Positions 38,197-47,882 of a stretch of 64,000 nt of DNA are shown here, in pieces. Under the pieces are notes generated by a model, which made no database searches, was not told the DNA's origin, and worked only from the letters and a program-made list of their open reading frames with translations. The DNA lies in sequence record NC_070957.1; one strand, 5' to 3'. Numbering within the stretch: position 1 is the stretch's first letter; each line of letters starts with the position of its first letter. The position numbers and the translations under genes were made by a program.

Positions 38197-39705
38197 ATGA
38201 TCCGTCAATCAACCATTCTGGCGATGACCCCTATCGCCATGGAACTCTCCAACAAAAACATCGATTTGTCTGATAAGGTTGGCGACATCATCAAAGGTCT
38301 GAACGATGTTTCTGCTGGCGTTGCCGCCATGACCGAAGACAACGTTGCCGTGAATCTTCCCGAAGCTGCTGATGATGGTGATCACTCCATGATCCAGGCC
38401 GAGGTCAACGCTCGACTCGCTGCGGTTATCCGCGCAAGTATGGGTGTGATCAGCAACTGTGTCAAACCGATCCTGAAGGACGCTGACCGTCTGATCTCCA
38501 ACTGTATCGGTGAAGGCGGTGCTCTCGATGCAGCACTCTCCCAGATCCGTATCGACATGACCAACATGGAACCGGCGTTCCTGGCTTCTGGGATGTGTCC
38601 CTCTGAAGTTCCCGCTTCTTTCGCCCAGAACCCCACCATCAATGTGAACAACATTATTAAGGGTAACTGGCCGCGTATCGAAGACGCTCACGAAGTGTAT
38701 AAGTTGATCGACGTTGACGTTGACGTTATCAACCCGTTCCTGACCGATCCGGACGAAATCAAGAAAGTCTATAACGACTTCTTCGCCGACAAGTACTACT
38801 GGACCATCTTCGAAAGCCGTGTTCGTGAAGGTGACGTGGTGAACGTCCTGAACCCGCACCACTACAAGTTCAGTTCTTTCCGTTCGATGGTCATCCTGTC
38901 CCTGCTGGTCAACAAGTTCCGTTCCATGGACGATCCGTTCGATGGCGTGATGGGTGTCTCCCTGGAAGACTACCGTGCCAACCTGAACTTCCTCCGTGAC
39001 CTGACCAACACAGTTCTGGCTCGTTTCCGCTTTGTATGGCTGGATCGCGCCAAGGCTGGTCTGGTGATCATCGATGAAGACGTCAAGGTAGCTCCGGCTA
39101 CTTTCGGACCGCTGGAAGGTATCGAGACTGTTCAAGGTACCATCCGGATTGGTTATAACAATTCCATGTTGGAAGTGTTCGCCAATAAGGAAGAAGAGTC
39201 CATCATCGACTACGCCCTGGGTTATGCTTACGCCAAGTACCGTGGTTACAAAGTACGTGATGTCATCACTGATGGCGACGTTGTCGTAAGTGCGTACAAG
39301 GAGTACATTCACGGTATCTCTGCCGCCATGACCGTTAACGCGGACAAGCAGGGTCGTGAAGCATTCCTGACAGCTTGCCGTAACTTCTCCACTGATGAGA
39401 AGAACAAGGGTTACCTGGAAGTCATCAAATCTGATGTTCCTCTGAGCAATCGCATTGCGGTGGCTGTCAACTCCAGGATCAACCTGGAAGGTTTCTTCAC
39501 TGAATACCTGGTGAACGGGATTGCTCGTGGCGAGCGTTCCACCATGGGCACTGCTCTGGCAGTGGAGTTGGCTGAGATCTTTGGTTCTCCCATCGCCGCC
39601 GAGATTCTGAAGAACAACATGGGTGGTACTCCTGCCTCCATCGAACAGCAGCGGAAAATCCTGACTGGTTCTATCGTTGCTGCAATCCTCAAGCGACTGG
39701 TGTAA
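38197..39705 (+). CDS. Putative head/ejection protein (502 aa; phiKZ gp177 position)
   Basis: GAGGA RBS, strong codon bias, and synteny upstream of the prohead protease. Confidence 0.65.
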   Translation: MIRQSTILAMTPIAMELSNKNIDLSDKVGDIIKGLNDVSAGVAAMTEDNVAVNLPEAADDGDHSMIQAEVNARLAAVIRASMGVISNCVKPILKDADRLISNCIGEGGALDAALSQIRIDMTNMEPAFLASGMCPSEVPASFAQNPTINVNNIIKGNWPRIEDAHEVYKLIDVDVDVINPFLTDPDEIKKVYNDFFADKYYWTIFESRVREGDVVNVLNPHHYKFSSFRSMVILSLLVNKFRSMDDPFDGVMGVSLEDYRANLNFLRDLTNTVLARFRFVWLDRAKAGLVIIDEDVKVAPATFGPLEGIETVQGTIRIGYNNSMLEVFANKEEESIIDYALGYAYAKYRGYKVRDVITDGDVVVSAYKEYIHGISAAMTVNADKQGREAFLTACRNFSTDEKNKGYLEVIKSDVPLSNRIAVAVNSRINLEGFFTEYLVNGIARGERSTMGTALAVELAEIFGSPIAAEILKNNMGGTPASIEQQRKILTGSIVAAILKRLV

Positions 39706-39708
39706 TAC

Positions 39709-40458
39709 GTGATCGATATCACTACTCTTAAACATGATCGAGGGCTGCCTAGCGCAGTCCTCAAACTCATGCCTGATGGCTCCGCTGTCGCTACCAAGCG
39801 ATTGAAGTGTTGTATACCCAAGAACTGGGAGCGGAGTAATCTTGCTGAGATCGCTGACGTTGTAACGACTATTCTGATGGTGGGTTTGATCTGTGACGGT
39901 AAGTATGCAATGCTGGGTGGAATGACTCGCATTGTTATGAAACCGGGTGAGATCGATGAAATCTCTATCGGTGGTACTCGGTACTACATCTTTGATTTCG
40001 AGCCGGGTGAAGTGGTTATCGAGAACATGACCATTCCTCAGGACAGCAACATCGGATATTACTACTACCTCGAGTTCACCAAATATGCTCGACTGCCGTG
40101 GTATTGTTCCGAGGCCAGTTTGCTCGCCGTTTACGACGCAGCAAAGTTCTACACTGGCAAAGGGTTTGGGACCAGTAACCAATGTATCCGGGTTTTGTAC
40201 GCGCTTGTAATGCGTGATCCCAACAACCTGGATTTACCATTCCGTTACTCCCCTGATTTAAACAAAGGTGGGAAACCGAAAATCATCGGTATCAACAACC
40301 CGGGTCAACTGCTCAACAGTACCTTCTCTCGTCTCTCGTCTGGTTATATGGCTGATAACATCATCGGTGGTATCCTCAACCCTGATACGAAGGTTACTGA
40401 GCTTGAAGAAGTAATCCGTGGTCTTCCTGCCGAACTGAGAGACAATAGCAATGTCTGA
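39709..40458 (+). CDS. Conserved virion protein (249 aa; phiKZ gp176 position, proposed vRNAP-associated)
   Basis: GTG start between the gp177-like and protease genes; identity assigned by synteny only. Confidence 0.55.
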   Translation: MIDITTLKHDRGLPSAVLKLMPDGSAVATKRLKCCIPKNWERSNLAEIADVVTTILMVGLICDGKYAMLGGMTRIVMKPGEIDEISIGGTRYYIFDFEPGEVVIENMTIPQDSNIGYYYYLEFTKYARLPWYCSEASLLAVYDAAKFYTGKGFGTSNQCIRVLYALVMRDPNNLDLPFRYSPDLNKGGKPKIIGINNPGQLLNSTFSRLSSGYMADNIIGGILNPDTKVTELEEVIRGLPAELRDNSNV

Positions 40459-41296
40459 AATTAGTTTCGGGAATATCATCCTGGCTAACAGCGGTAAACA
40501 GGGCATACTGAAACCCGACGCTACCGGTCGTTATCTGTTGAATGCTGGCGGGTTCAATATCGCCAATGCTAGCGGGATTAACTATCCCGCTAACCAATAC
40601 ATCGTCTCCCAGATGGACAAGAACTCCGACCTGATGCGTCGTGTCAGTCAGGGTTATTGCAAGATGGAAGTTGAACATCCGGAACCTTTCGTTTACGTGG
40701 AAGAGAACGGCGTTCGTTACAAGAAAGCAATGACTTCCATTCTGGAGTGGATCAACCGGCTCCGTAGCTACGATCCTGATCGTATTTGCGGGCTCATCAG
40801 CGAGATCTCCTTCCGTCCCACAGATCCCAACGATCTGACCAAGCCGATCTACAACATGATCTACTGTGAACCCTTCGGTCCCCGTGGACCTGAGTTCAAA
40901 GAGTCGCTGAACAACCCCCGTCACAACACGGCCGTTTCCATCCGTACTCAGGTTTCTCCTTTCCGTCCTGGTGACAACAAGAAAGAAGTTGAGTACTGGG
41001 TTGGTTATGACTGGGTCGGTGAACCTGGTATGGTTCATGCCAACAAGCACATGACCGCTGGTTGTGAATCGCTGATCCTCAATCTGAACGACAACGTACA
41101 GAAGTTCAAAGTCGCTGACGTTCTGGATGCAATGGAAGAGATGTTCACCGATGCCACCGCTAATGCTGAAGCTCTGGAGCGGGTTGGTGGTATGGAGTCT
41201 CTCAATGCCATGCGTGAAATGCACGACCGTCTGAAACAGAATTACCGCACAGGCGAAACTGTTCGGATGGGTGCCAGCTTTGCCGATATCTTCTAA
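40451..41296 (+). CDS. Prohead maturation serine protease (phiKZ gp175-like, 281 aa)
   Basis: EVEHP (His), AVSIRT (Ser) and GYDWVGEPG; candidate C-terminal self-cleavage sites AGCES and GGMES. Confidence 0.85.
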   Translation: MSEISFGNIILANSGKQGILKPDATGRYLLNAGGFNIANASGINYPANQYIVSQMDKNSDLMRRVSQGYCKMEVEHPEPFVYVEENGVRYKKAMTSILEWINRLRSYDPDRICGLISEISFRPTDPNDLTKPIYNMIYCEPFGPRGPEFKESLNNPRHNTAVSIRTQVSPFRPGDNKKEVEYWVGYDWVGEPGMVHANKHMTAGCESLILNLNDNVQKFKVADVLDAMEEMFTDATANAEALERVGGMESLNAMREMHDRLKQNYRTGETVRMGASFADIF

Positions 41297-41306
41297 TACC
41301 TAAATT

Positions 41307-41336
41307 GAGTAACCAGGGCTTCGGTCCTGGTTACTC
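41307..41336 (+). terminator. Intrinsic terminator with cUUCGg loop
   Basis: gagtaaccagggc-ttcg-gtcctggttactc followed by ttttctttt. Confidence 0.88.
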
Positions 41337-41399
41337 TTTTCTTTTGTACTCAACTGTTATTATATTGTTAAGCAATCGTCATCAACCAAGGAAATAGAA

Positions 41400-41972
41400 A
41401 TGAACTTTGACCACCTCCGCATTTACACGCAACTCCGCGCACTGATCCAAACTGCGTACACCATCAAGAACACCCGTGCCGCTATGGTCTCCACTTGGGA
41501 TGAACTCAAGGACGCCGAAGGTAAGGAAATCATCGTGGAGCAGTACATGACCAGGGCGAAAGCTCAGTTGGTTCAGATGTACGCACGTCGTCTGATGAAG
41601 TACATGGAAAGTATCGCCAACCTGGACGTCATCCCGATGACCACCGAAGATGTCAAAATCGGTAATTGGCGTGTGGACTCCATCATCATCCAACTGGCCA
41701 GTAACGAGATCAAAGATCACGACCACATGTTCCAGTTGATGATGACCAACATCTATGGTGTTACGACCAAGATGTTCGATTTCATCGACTCTGGTTTCAA
41801 ACTGGAGAAATTGCTGGACCTCATGTCTAAGCAATACCTCTCCAGCTTCGAAGAGCTCAATGACGAGTCCTTTGAAGTAACTGAGGAATGGGCTGAAGAT
41901 CTCATCAAGGCGTTCATCAACGGTGAGCTCCAGGATCCTGGTTTCAAGTTGCTTTCTTTGACTAAGAAGTAA
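41400..41972 (+). CDS. Hypothetical alpha-helical protein (190 aa)
   Basis: AAGGA RBS; flanked by terminators; weaker early-like motif at about 41353-41368. Confidence 0.8.
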   Translation: MNFDHLRIYTQLRALIQTAYTIKNTRAAMVSTWDELKDAEGKEIIVEQYMTRAKAQLVQMYARRLMKYMESIANLDVIPMTTEDVKIGNWRVDSIIIQLASNEIKDHDHMFQLMMTNIYGVTTKMFDFIDSGFKLEKLLDLMSKQYLSSFEELNDESFEVTEEWAEDLIKAFINGELQDPGFKLLSLTKK

Positions 41973-41982
41973 TAACCACTAC

Positions 41983-42015
41983 TAGAACTAGGAACCCACT
42001 GGGTTCCTAGTTCTA
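41983..42015 (+). terminator. Intrinsic terminator
   Basis: tagaactaggaaccc-act-gggttcctagttcta, perfect 15-bp stem, then a T-tract. Confidence 0.85.
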
Positions 42016-42043
42016 TTTTATTTGGTCTATTTATTTTCGGATA

Positions 42044-42059
42044 TACATTATTAACATGA
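42044..42059 (+). promoter_or_regulatory. Putative early promoter
   Basis: tacattattaacatga. Confidence 0.55.
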
Positions 42060-42127
42060 GCATAGAGCATTGAACAACCGCGGACCACTTCCGGTAAAAC
42101 TCTTGTCTCTTTTAAGGGAGAAACAAT

Positions 42128-43186
42128 ATGTTTAACGACTACTACGGATTTCGCACTTCCATTAATGGCGGTGTGACATTCACCATCACCCCGCTAGGTG
42201 ATAGACAGTATCTGGAATTCCATCTCCGGGATTTGGATACTGGTGAAATGAAAGTATCCAGGATGAACCTCACCGCCGAGTCCGGTGGAACACTTTGTTC
42301 ACTCCTGCTTCGGATGATGACCCATATGGAAAGTGGGGGAGGAAAGAAGACCTTCAAGTGGGATGGTTCTATCCCATTGGTGTTTGTTTACGAAATAGGT
42401 ATTGGGATACGGATCTGCGCAGATGGGAAACATTATGTGTTCCTGTCTGGTAACAAAAACCTGTTGCTGCGTGGATTGGAATCAATCGGTGAGATGACGG
42501 AAGCGTGCGTCAAGAAAGACTATGACTACGCCCAGCATATCGCCTATTGCTACAGGCTACTCCCGAACTATGTGGATCAGGTATTCGAACAACAAGAATC
42601 CCGGGTCCGGATGGTTCACAATACCAGGTTCGGTTTCGACATCTGTCACGAAGACAAGCAAGGTAGCTTCCGGCTTTCCTTTGGTGGGAAACGTCTTGAT
42701 GTTATCGAGATCCACGAAATGATAGTTGCAATCATCAAGTTAACCTGTAGCGTTAACGATGGTAAAACAATCAACATCGGAAAGTACATCTTTACCAACC
42801 TCGATACAGAGAGCGGGGATCGTTACATTGGAATTTTCCGTAATGCGATTCACGTTTCTTGTCGTGCCAAGATGTTACTGGTGGGCACTGGAGAACTGGA
42901 AGCTATTGTCCAATCTCTGGGTAACATCATTTTCATGGAGACGACACGTCGTGGAAGTGATAGTAAAGAACTGGCTCGTTTCACCAGAGCAGAGAGCGAA
43001 AACCTGAAGAAGAACGTACAGCGACTGTGCGAGCTTTACAGCGATCGTCACAAATGGACGGACCAAGTTTACACCTGGTTGAGAGAATGCACTACAATGA
43101 GCTTACAAGAGCTCTCAGTGGAGTACGGTGGGGTACAGATCAATCGTAATAGACTGCTCCGTAACAAACCGCTACTCAATAAGTAA
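42128..43186 (+). CDS. Hypothetical protein, cytoplasmic paralog family A (352 aa)
   Basis: GGGAG RBS; shares a motif block with 43304, 44430, 45996 and 47940 (see findings). Confidence 0.8.
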   Translation: MFNDYYGFRTSINGGVTFTITPLGDRQYLEFHLRDLDTGEMKVSRMNLTAESGGTLCSLLLRMMTHMESGGGKKTFKWDGSIPLVFVYEIGIGIRICADGKHYVFLSGNKNLLLRGLESIGEMTEACVKKDYDYAQHIAYCYRLLPNYVDQVFEQQESRVRMVHNTRFGFDICHEDKQGSFRLSFGGKRLDVIEIHEMIVAIIKLTCSVNDGKTINIGKYIFTNLDTESGDRYIGIFRNAIHVSCRAKMLLVGTGELEAIVQSLGNIIFMETTRRGSDSKELARFTRAESENLKKNVQRLCELYSDRHKWTDQVYTWLRECTTMSLQELSVEYGGVQINRNRLLRNKPLLNK

Positions 43187-43211
43187 TTTCCTACTCATGT
43201 AGGGATGAGGT

Positions 43212-43239
43212 GGAGGAACAATTCCGTTCCTCCTTTTTT
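43212..43239 (+). terminator. Intrinsic terminator
   Basis: ggaggaac-aattcc-gttcctcc followed by tttttt. Confidence 0.8.
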
Positions 43240-43267
43240 CGCAGTGCTACCCCGTAAAACGGATGAC

Positions 43268-43283
43268 TGCATTATTGCCATGG
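43268..43283 (+). promoter_or_regulatory. Putative early promoter
   Basis: tgcattattgccatgg, 12 of 16 identical to the 42044 motif. Confidence 0.5.
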
Positions 43284-43303
43284 CTAAACGCCTAGGAGTA
43301 ATT

Positions 43304-44287
43304 ATGAACGTTATGAAAATGATTCACGCACCGCTTGACAATCTCGGTGAGTACCACGTCGGGATGTTCCCCGAAGATCCTGAACGAGTCTACTTGATGG
43401 ACTTAAACTTCCACGAACACAATTCCATGGTGATCCATCGCTACACCAAACACGAAATGGGTGAACTCTCAAAGATATTCAAGAGTGTTCTTACCTCCAT
43501 GCAATTTGCAAGGAATGCGACCATCAAGTTCGATGTTGCTGAATACGGTGTATCGGTCATCAAAGGGGCGAGTATCGAGATCCGTAATCTCGAACACGTT
43601 CATCGCCCTAATCTGACAATGAGATTCTGGGGACGGGCGAGTGATAAAGACCCTAGCGGTGAACTCGATTGGTTCTCCCAGACTGAGCGTGCACTACTGG
43701 TCCTTTCTGAAATCTTCGGAGCAATGCACGAGCTTAACGAACCAGGTAAGAAAGGAAAACTCTCGACAGTGATGCGGTTGTTTAAGAAGCATTCGTCAGA
43801 ACATGAACTATCGGAAAAGCAGTTTGTCGATTTCATCGGCGCTACCAGACCGGATAGACGCGAACTGATAAACGACATCATCATGATCGGGCACTCGCTG
43901 AGCGATGGTCCTGTTCACCATTCCGGGTTAACGTTTGCAAGTACCGCTGACCACTATCATCTTGCACTGGATAAAGGAGAACACCTCCCTGCATTGATAA
44001 ATAGTTTCAGCAAAGTAGTCCGGGGTGAAGATGCCGTGGATCACTTCACGGAATACAACGGGGAATATCCCTGGATGTCCCATAGCTTTATGGGTTATTC
44101 TGCAAAGAAAGGGATGCCCGCCTGGAGAGACCGAACTGTCGTTATGGGGTATAACACCTACATGAAGACAGGACGGTTCAGTACTTTGACGAGTGTAGAT
44201 GTACTTGAGTATATTGTTCAAGTACTTATCGAAATTGAGGAACGAGTGAAACGACTAGTCGAACTCTATCCTCCTAAGACCAAGTAG
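43304..44287 (+). CDS. Hypothetical protein, paralog family A (327 aa)
   Basis: Start reassigned from 43205 to 43304: AGGAG RBS, and a terminator and promoter motif occupy the upstream part of the longer ORF. Confidence 0.8.
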   Translation: MNVMKMIHAPLDNLGEYHVGMFPEDPERVYLMDLNFHEHNSMVIHRYTKHEMGELSKIFKSVLTSMQFARNATIKFDVAEYGVSVIKGASIEIRNLEHVHRPNLTMRFWGRASDKDPSGELDWFSQTERALLVLSEIFGAMHELNEPGKKGKLSTVMRLFKKHSSEHELSEKQFVDFIGATRPDRRELINDIIMIGHSLSDGPVHHSGLTFASTADHYHLALDKGEHLPALINSFSKVVRGEDAVDHFTEYNGEYPWMSHSFMGYSAKKGMPAWRDRTVVMGYNTYMKTGRFSTLTSVDVLEYIVQVLIEIEERVKRLVELYPPKTK

Positions 44288-44293
44288 TGTGGC

Positions 44294-44319
44294 AGGGTGG
44301 AGACTTCGGTCTCCACCCT
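44294..44319 (+). terminator. Terminator hairpin with cUUCGg loop
   Basis: agggtggagac-ttcg-gtctccaccct, 11-bp stem. Confidence 0.8.
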
Positions 44320-44360
44320 ATAAACCTTTATTATTTCTTTGCTCTATATCTTTTCAAATC

Positions 44361-44376
44361 GATATTATTAAGGTGT
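44361..44376 (+). promoter_or_regulatory. Putative early promoter
   Basis: gatattattaaggtgt. Confidence 0.65.
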
Positions 44377-44429
44377 ATGCAAGGCCATATAAATTAACTA
44401 ATCTTCAACAATGACTAGAGGAAATACCC

Positions 44430-45401
44430 ATGAATGATTTCATCGCTGCTCGTTTCGGACATAACGTTTTCATCGGCTTCGATCTGGAGACACCTGATTG
44501 CTTGGATGTGATCAGTGCTTCCGGTGAACGCATGGAAGTGCTGGCGATCAGCCATTACCGTCAGGATGCTCGCGGAATGTTCCGTGATCGTCGTTACGCA
44601 CTGGTCCGTGCTATTGAAGGGATGTTGATCCATCTCTCCGTTCTCCCCAACGAGAAACACATCAAAGCGTTTGACTTCCTGGAGCTGTCCTACATTCCAG
44701 GGGAAGGCTGCATGCTTCGTTACGACCGTCAGCGTGTATACCTGATGCGTTGCCCGCGACACATCAAAGCTCAGGAATTCAATGTCCCTGGCTTGGTCGT
44801 CGTCCTGACTCGTTTGATGAACCTGATCAAGGCCAACATCGAGTACTGTGACAATGACCTGAATGAAAAGGAAGCGCGTCTCAAGTACAAAGAGAATGAC
44901 TACCTGATCAACACCCATCTTTACGAAGTGACCCGGATGGCAAGTCCTACTGGTAACTTCAACCGCAGTTATCAACGTTACTGGGCTTTGGCAGTTCGGA
45001 TGTTCCAAGGTACCCAGGGAACCCCTACTGATCCGGCACAACCGTATGCTTACGCCAAGGTACGGTTCTACAGTCCGCGTGGTTTCATGATCTATCAGAC
45101 TGGTGCTGGTGTTGGTTGCAAGGAACGAGATGCGAAACTGTTTGACGCTCTCGATCGTTGCCGCCTGGGTGATCATCTCCAAGTGGTGTACACTACCCAA
45201 CGTGGTGCGATGACACTTTCAACTACTCCGGATTGCGAACCGGATGGTTATGGTGAAATCAACATGCACCTGGTCAGTGGTCCTGCCGGTAGTTCGTTGA
45301 CCATCCCGTATGAAACAGACGCGATCGTGTTCATTAAGAACTCCATCGCTGCGGCAAGTCGTGAAGCAACTGAAGCAGTTCGTGCACTGCGTTCGGCATA
45401 A
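44430..45401 (+). CDS. Hypothetical protein, paralog family A (323 aa)
   Basis: GAGGA RBS; shared motif block. Confidence 0.8.
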   Translation: MNDFIAARFGHNVFIGFDLETPDCLDVISASGERMEVLAISHYRQDARGMFRDRRYALVRAIEGMLIHLSVLPNEKHIKAFDFLELSYIPGEGCMLRYDRQRVYLMRCPRHIKAQEFNVPGLVVVLTRLMNLIKANIEYCDNDLNEKEARLKYKENDYLINTHLYEVTRMASPTGNFNRSYQRYWALAVRMFQGTQGTPTDPAQPYAYAKVRFYSPRGFMIYQTGAGVGCKERDAKLFDALDRCRLGDHLQVVYTTQRGAMTLSTTPDCEPDGYGEINMHLVSGPAGSSLTIPYETDAIVFIKNSIAAASREATEAVRALRSA

Positions 45402-45418
45402 TCTAAGAGGAAGCTAAC

Positions 45419-45757
45419 ATGTCAGTAGAAAGCATTAAGGAACGTGTTAAGAATTTCGTTAACATGTCCGGTATCGATGTGAACTTCAATGGTCGCATCA
45501 TTACACCCAAGGCCAGGTTCCGTAAAGACCGGATGAAAGCCACCCAGGAAACCGCTCGTCACTATCGCGAGATCAGGATTTCTGATGACGTACTGGACAA
45601 TCTCGGAATCGAGAAAACGGATGGCAAGAACATCCCGACCATCGCCGAGTGTTTTGAGATGCTTCCTCCTCACTTCAAGCGGAAGGACAGTATCGTCAAG
45701 TACATGGAATCCCGCCGTACCGAATTTGACAACCGGCTGAAGGAGTACCTGCAATGA
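45419..45757 (+). CDS. Hypothetical basic protein (112 aa)
   Basis: GAGGA RBS. Confidence 0.75.
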   Translation: MSVESIKERVKNFVNMSGIDVNFNGRIITPKARFRKDRMKATQETARHYREIRISDDVLDNLGIEKTDGKNIPTIAECFEMLPPHFKRKDSIVKYMESRRTEFDNRLKEYLQ

Positions 45758-45900
45758 CTGATGAGAATCTTCCTCAGTACATCCCTTTAGACTATATAGG
45801 GAAAGTCAGGAGTCGAGTCAAAAAGCACGACGCGGCAAGACTCAAAGCGATGTACGAACGTGCACGCAATGTCGTCAAGAACAATACCCAGTCTAAATGA
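45754..45900 (+). CDS. Small basic protein (48 aa; not in the ORF track)
   Basis: AAGGAG RBS and ATGA overlap; MTDENLPQYIPLDYIGKVRSRVKK...NTQSK. Confidence 0.6.
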   Translation: MTDENLPQYIPLDYIGKVRSRVKKHDAARLKAMYERARNVVKNNTQSK

Positions 45901-45995
45901 CTGGGTTATCGAGTTGCGAGTATTCAGGTGGTATTATCCTGAGCTCGCAATCATGATGGACAATTCCGTTCATCATAATTTAAGAGGAAAGTAAG

Positions 45996-46910
45996 ATGTC
46001 CTGTAAACTGCTGAGTATCAATGTTCACCCGACCTTGTCCATGGTTATCACTGAGGACAAAAGTTCTCATTTGCGTTTCCTTGGTCACACCAGTGAAAAG
46101 ATGGCACTGACAACCACACCCATCAAGTTGGCTGGGGAGTTGATCGAGATCACTGATTTGTGGCGGGCGAGTGAATCAACATCCGGGATCGCGACCACAC
46201 GCTTTAAGGTGATCAAGTCCTGCCTGGTCTATTACCCATTTGCCGGTAACGCAATAACGCTGATGAAAGCCGAGAACCGCGAAGAAGGTATTCGGAAATT
46301 GGAACGGCTCATCCAAATATTCAAGCAATTCACCGACTACATTGCCGACGTTATTGACTTCGAAACAGCAACTAAACAGTTGCGTGAATTAGAAGATAAA
46401 ACGATGGATGGATTGGTCTTCATCTACGGCGGTAAAACTTCGCAAGGTGGTAAACGTTTCTTCGAGAAGACTGAGTTCTTGGTCGGACGGTTGGTTGTAA
46501 GAACCACTTCTTTGGTTACCACCGATTTGGGTGAACGCAAAGAAGTTCCCGTTGGGCTCCAACTGGTTTTCACTGGGACAACAGGTAGCGCTATATTTGC
46601 TGTCCTGGACAACCCTATCAACAATGACAAGTACGAGGCGATCATGAGGATGACCAAACCTCATCCCGATTGCGTTCCTCGTATTTTTCATACTGCTGGA
46701 TCTACTGCACACGTTAGCAGTGGACACGGTCAGAATTTACCTGACGGATTCCCCGTCGGGATTACGTTCACCTATGTATCACCGGTGACCGCTAGACAAC
46801 TCACTCTCTATCGGGATGCTGATGGAATGGTCGAGTTCTTCGAGAAGACCTATCATGATGCAATGCTTCACGGTCATCTCAACCCTATCAACAACGAAAG
46901 TAAGGAGTAA
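45996..46910 (+). CDS. Hypothetical protein, probable paralog family A (304 aa)
   Basis: GAGGA RBS; LERLIQIFKQFTDY matches LTRLMNLIKANIEY of 44430. Confidence 0.8.
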   Translation: MSCKLLSINVHPTLSMVITEDKSSHLRFLGHTSEKMALTTTPIKLAGELIEITDLWRASESTSGIATTRFKVIKSCLVYYPFAGNAITLMKAENREEGIRKLERLIQIFKQFTDYIADVIDFETATKQLRELEDKTMDGLVFIYGGKTSQGGKRFFEKTEFLVGRLVVRTTSLVTTDLGERKEVPVGLQLVFTGTTGSAIFAVLDNPINNDKYEAIMRMTKPHPDCVPRIFHTAGSTAHVSSGHGQNLPDGFPVGITFTYVSPVTARQLTLYRDADGMVEFFEKTYHDAMLHGHLNPINNESKE

Positions 46911-46913
46911 ATA

Positions 46914-47279
46914 ATGGGCGGTGTAAACCCTCTGTTCGCAGCACTGTTGGAACTGATCGGCATCGATGTCTATGATACCGACAACTATCAAATCGGTCGC
47001 ACTCGTTCCGGTAACTTCACCGACAACGGTAACAAGATCGAGTACGCAATCCGGACCATCCGTCTGGGTGGTTCACTCTGGATCACTGGTACTCTGGGTG
47101 ATGACGTGGTTGAACTGCGTGTTGTAGAACCTGGCGTAGCCGCGTTCAGCATCGGTCTTCCCAACAAGAACGATGCTGAGACTACCAGCAAGATCGTGTT
47201 CAACATCTCCTTCACCTGCGAAGAAGATCTCCGTACCGCCTGGCGTCGTGTTGAAGGTCTCTTCAGCTACGCCGGTTAA
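46914..47279 (+). CDS. Hypothetical protein (121 aa)
   Basis: AAGGAG RBS. Confidence 0.8.
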   Translation: MGGVNPLFAALLELIGIDVYDTDNYQIGRTRSGNFTDNGNKIEYAIRTIRLGGSLWITGTLGDDVVELRVVEPGVAAFSIGLPNKNDAETTSKIVFNISFTCEEDLRTAWRRVEGLFSYAG

Positions 47280-47286
47280 ATCGACA

Positions 47287-47309
47287 AGGAGGGAAATAAA
47301 TTCCCTCCT
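47287..47309 (+). terminator. Terminator-like hairpin
   Basis: aggagggaa-ataaa-ttccctcct. Confidence 0.65.
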
Positions 47310-47324
47310 ATAATCTTTCACACC

Positions 47325-47340
47325 TATATTACTTAGGTGC
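47325..47340 (+). promoter_or_regulatory. Putative early promoter with an exact TATATTAC core
   Basis: tatattacttaggtgc. Confidence 0.7.
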
Positions 47341-47424
47341 TGGTACGAATAGTAAAGCTTTACGCTTCGTGCTATAACTTGTTAACCAATTGTTTCTTTT
47401 CCACAACTAAGGGAAATCTGAAAA

Positions 47425-47871
47425 ATGTCCAAGAAAACTGAACTGACCTTCGCTGAAATCATGTCCGCCGGTAAAGACTCCCTGGTGAAGGGTGCTGACA
47501 TCCACAACGCGACCCACACCATCAAGTTCAAGGCCGAAGACCTGACCATGCCCAAGGGCGTGACCGCTGAGTCTCTGGACCTCCACATGAACTTCATCAA
47601 CCAGTCTTCCGAGCAAGTCAGCGCCGCTGTCATGGACATCGCCCAGGACCGCTACGAAGACACCAAGCACCTGGCTTGGGATGGTGTTCTGGAAGTGACC
47701 CCCGGTCTGATCCTGACTGGTTTCGCCAACCTCCGTGAAGAAGTCGACGGCGAAGCTGTCTTCGGTTCCATGTCCAGCCTGGTCGACTACAACTACGGCA
47801 CCGAGCTGACCGACTGGATCACCAGCAACCAAGAGCTGATGGCCGAGAAAGCCAAGAAGCTCTTCGAGTAA
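47425..47871 (+). CDS. Hypothetical acidic protein with strong codon bias (148 aa)
   Basis: Stand-alone promoter-gene-terminator unit; codons end almost exclusively in C or G. Confidence 0.85.
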   Translation: MSKKTELTFAEIMSAGKDSLVKGADIHNATHTIKFKAEDLTMPKGVTAESLDLHMNFINQSSEQVSAAVMDIAQDRYEDTKHLAWDGVLEVTPGLILTGFANLREEVDGEAVFGSMSSLVDYNYGTELTDWITSNQELMAEKAKKLFE

Positions 47872-47882
47872 ATGTTCGATCG

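Noticed and set aside
38209-40182. 657-aa minus-strand ORF spanning the gp177- and gp176-position genes
   Set aside because: An in-register antisense shadow that crosses the junction only because the two sense genes share a frame.
43205-43303. N-terminal 33 codons of the tracked 360-aa ORF
   Set aside because: The region contains an intrinsic terminator and a promoter motif; the strong RBS is at ATG 43304.
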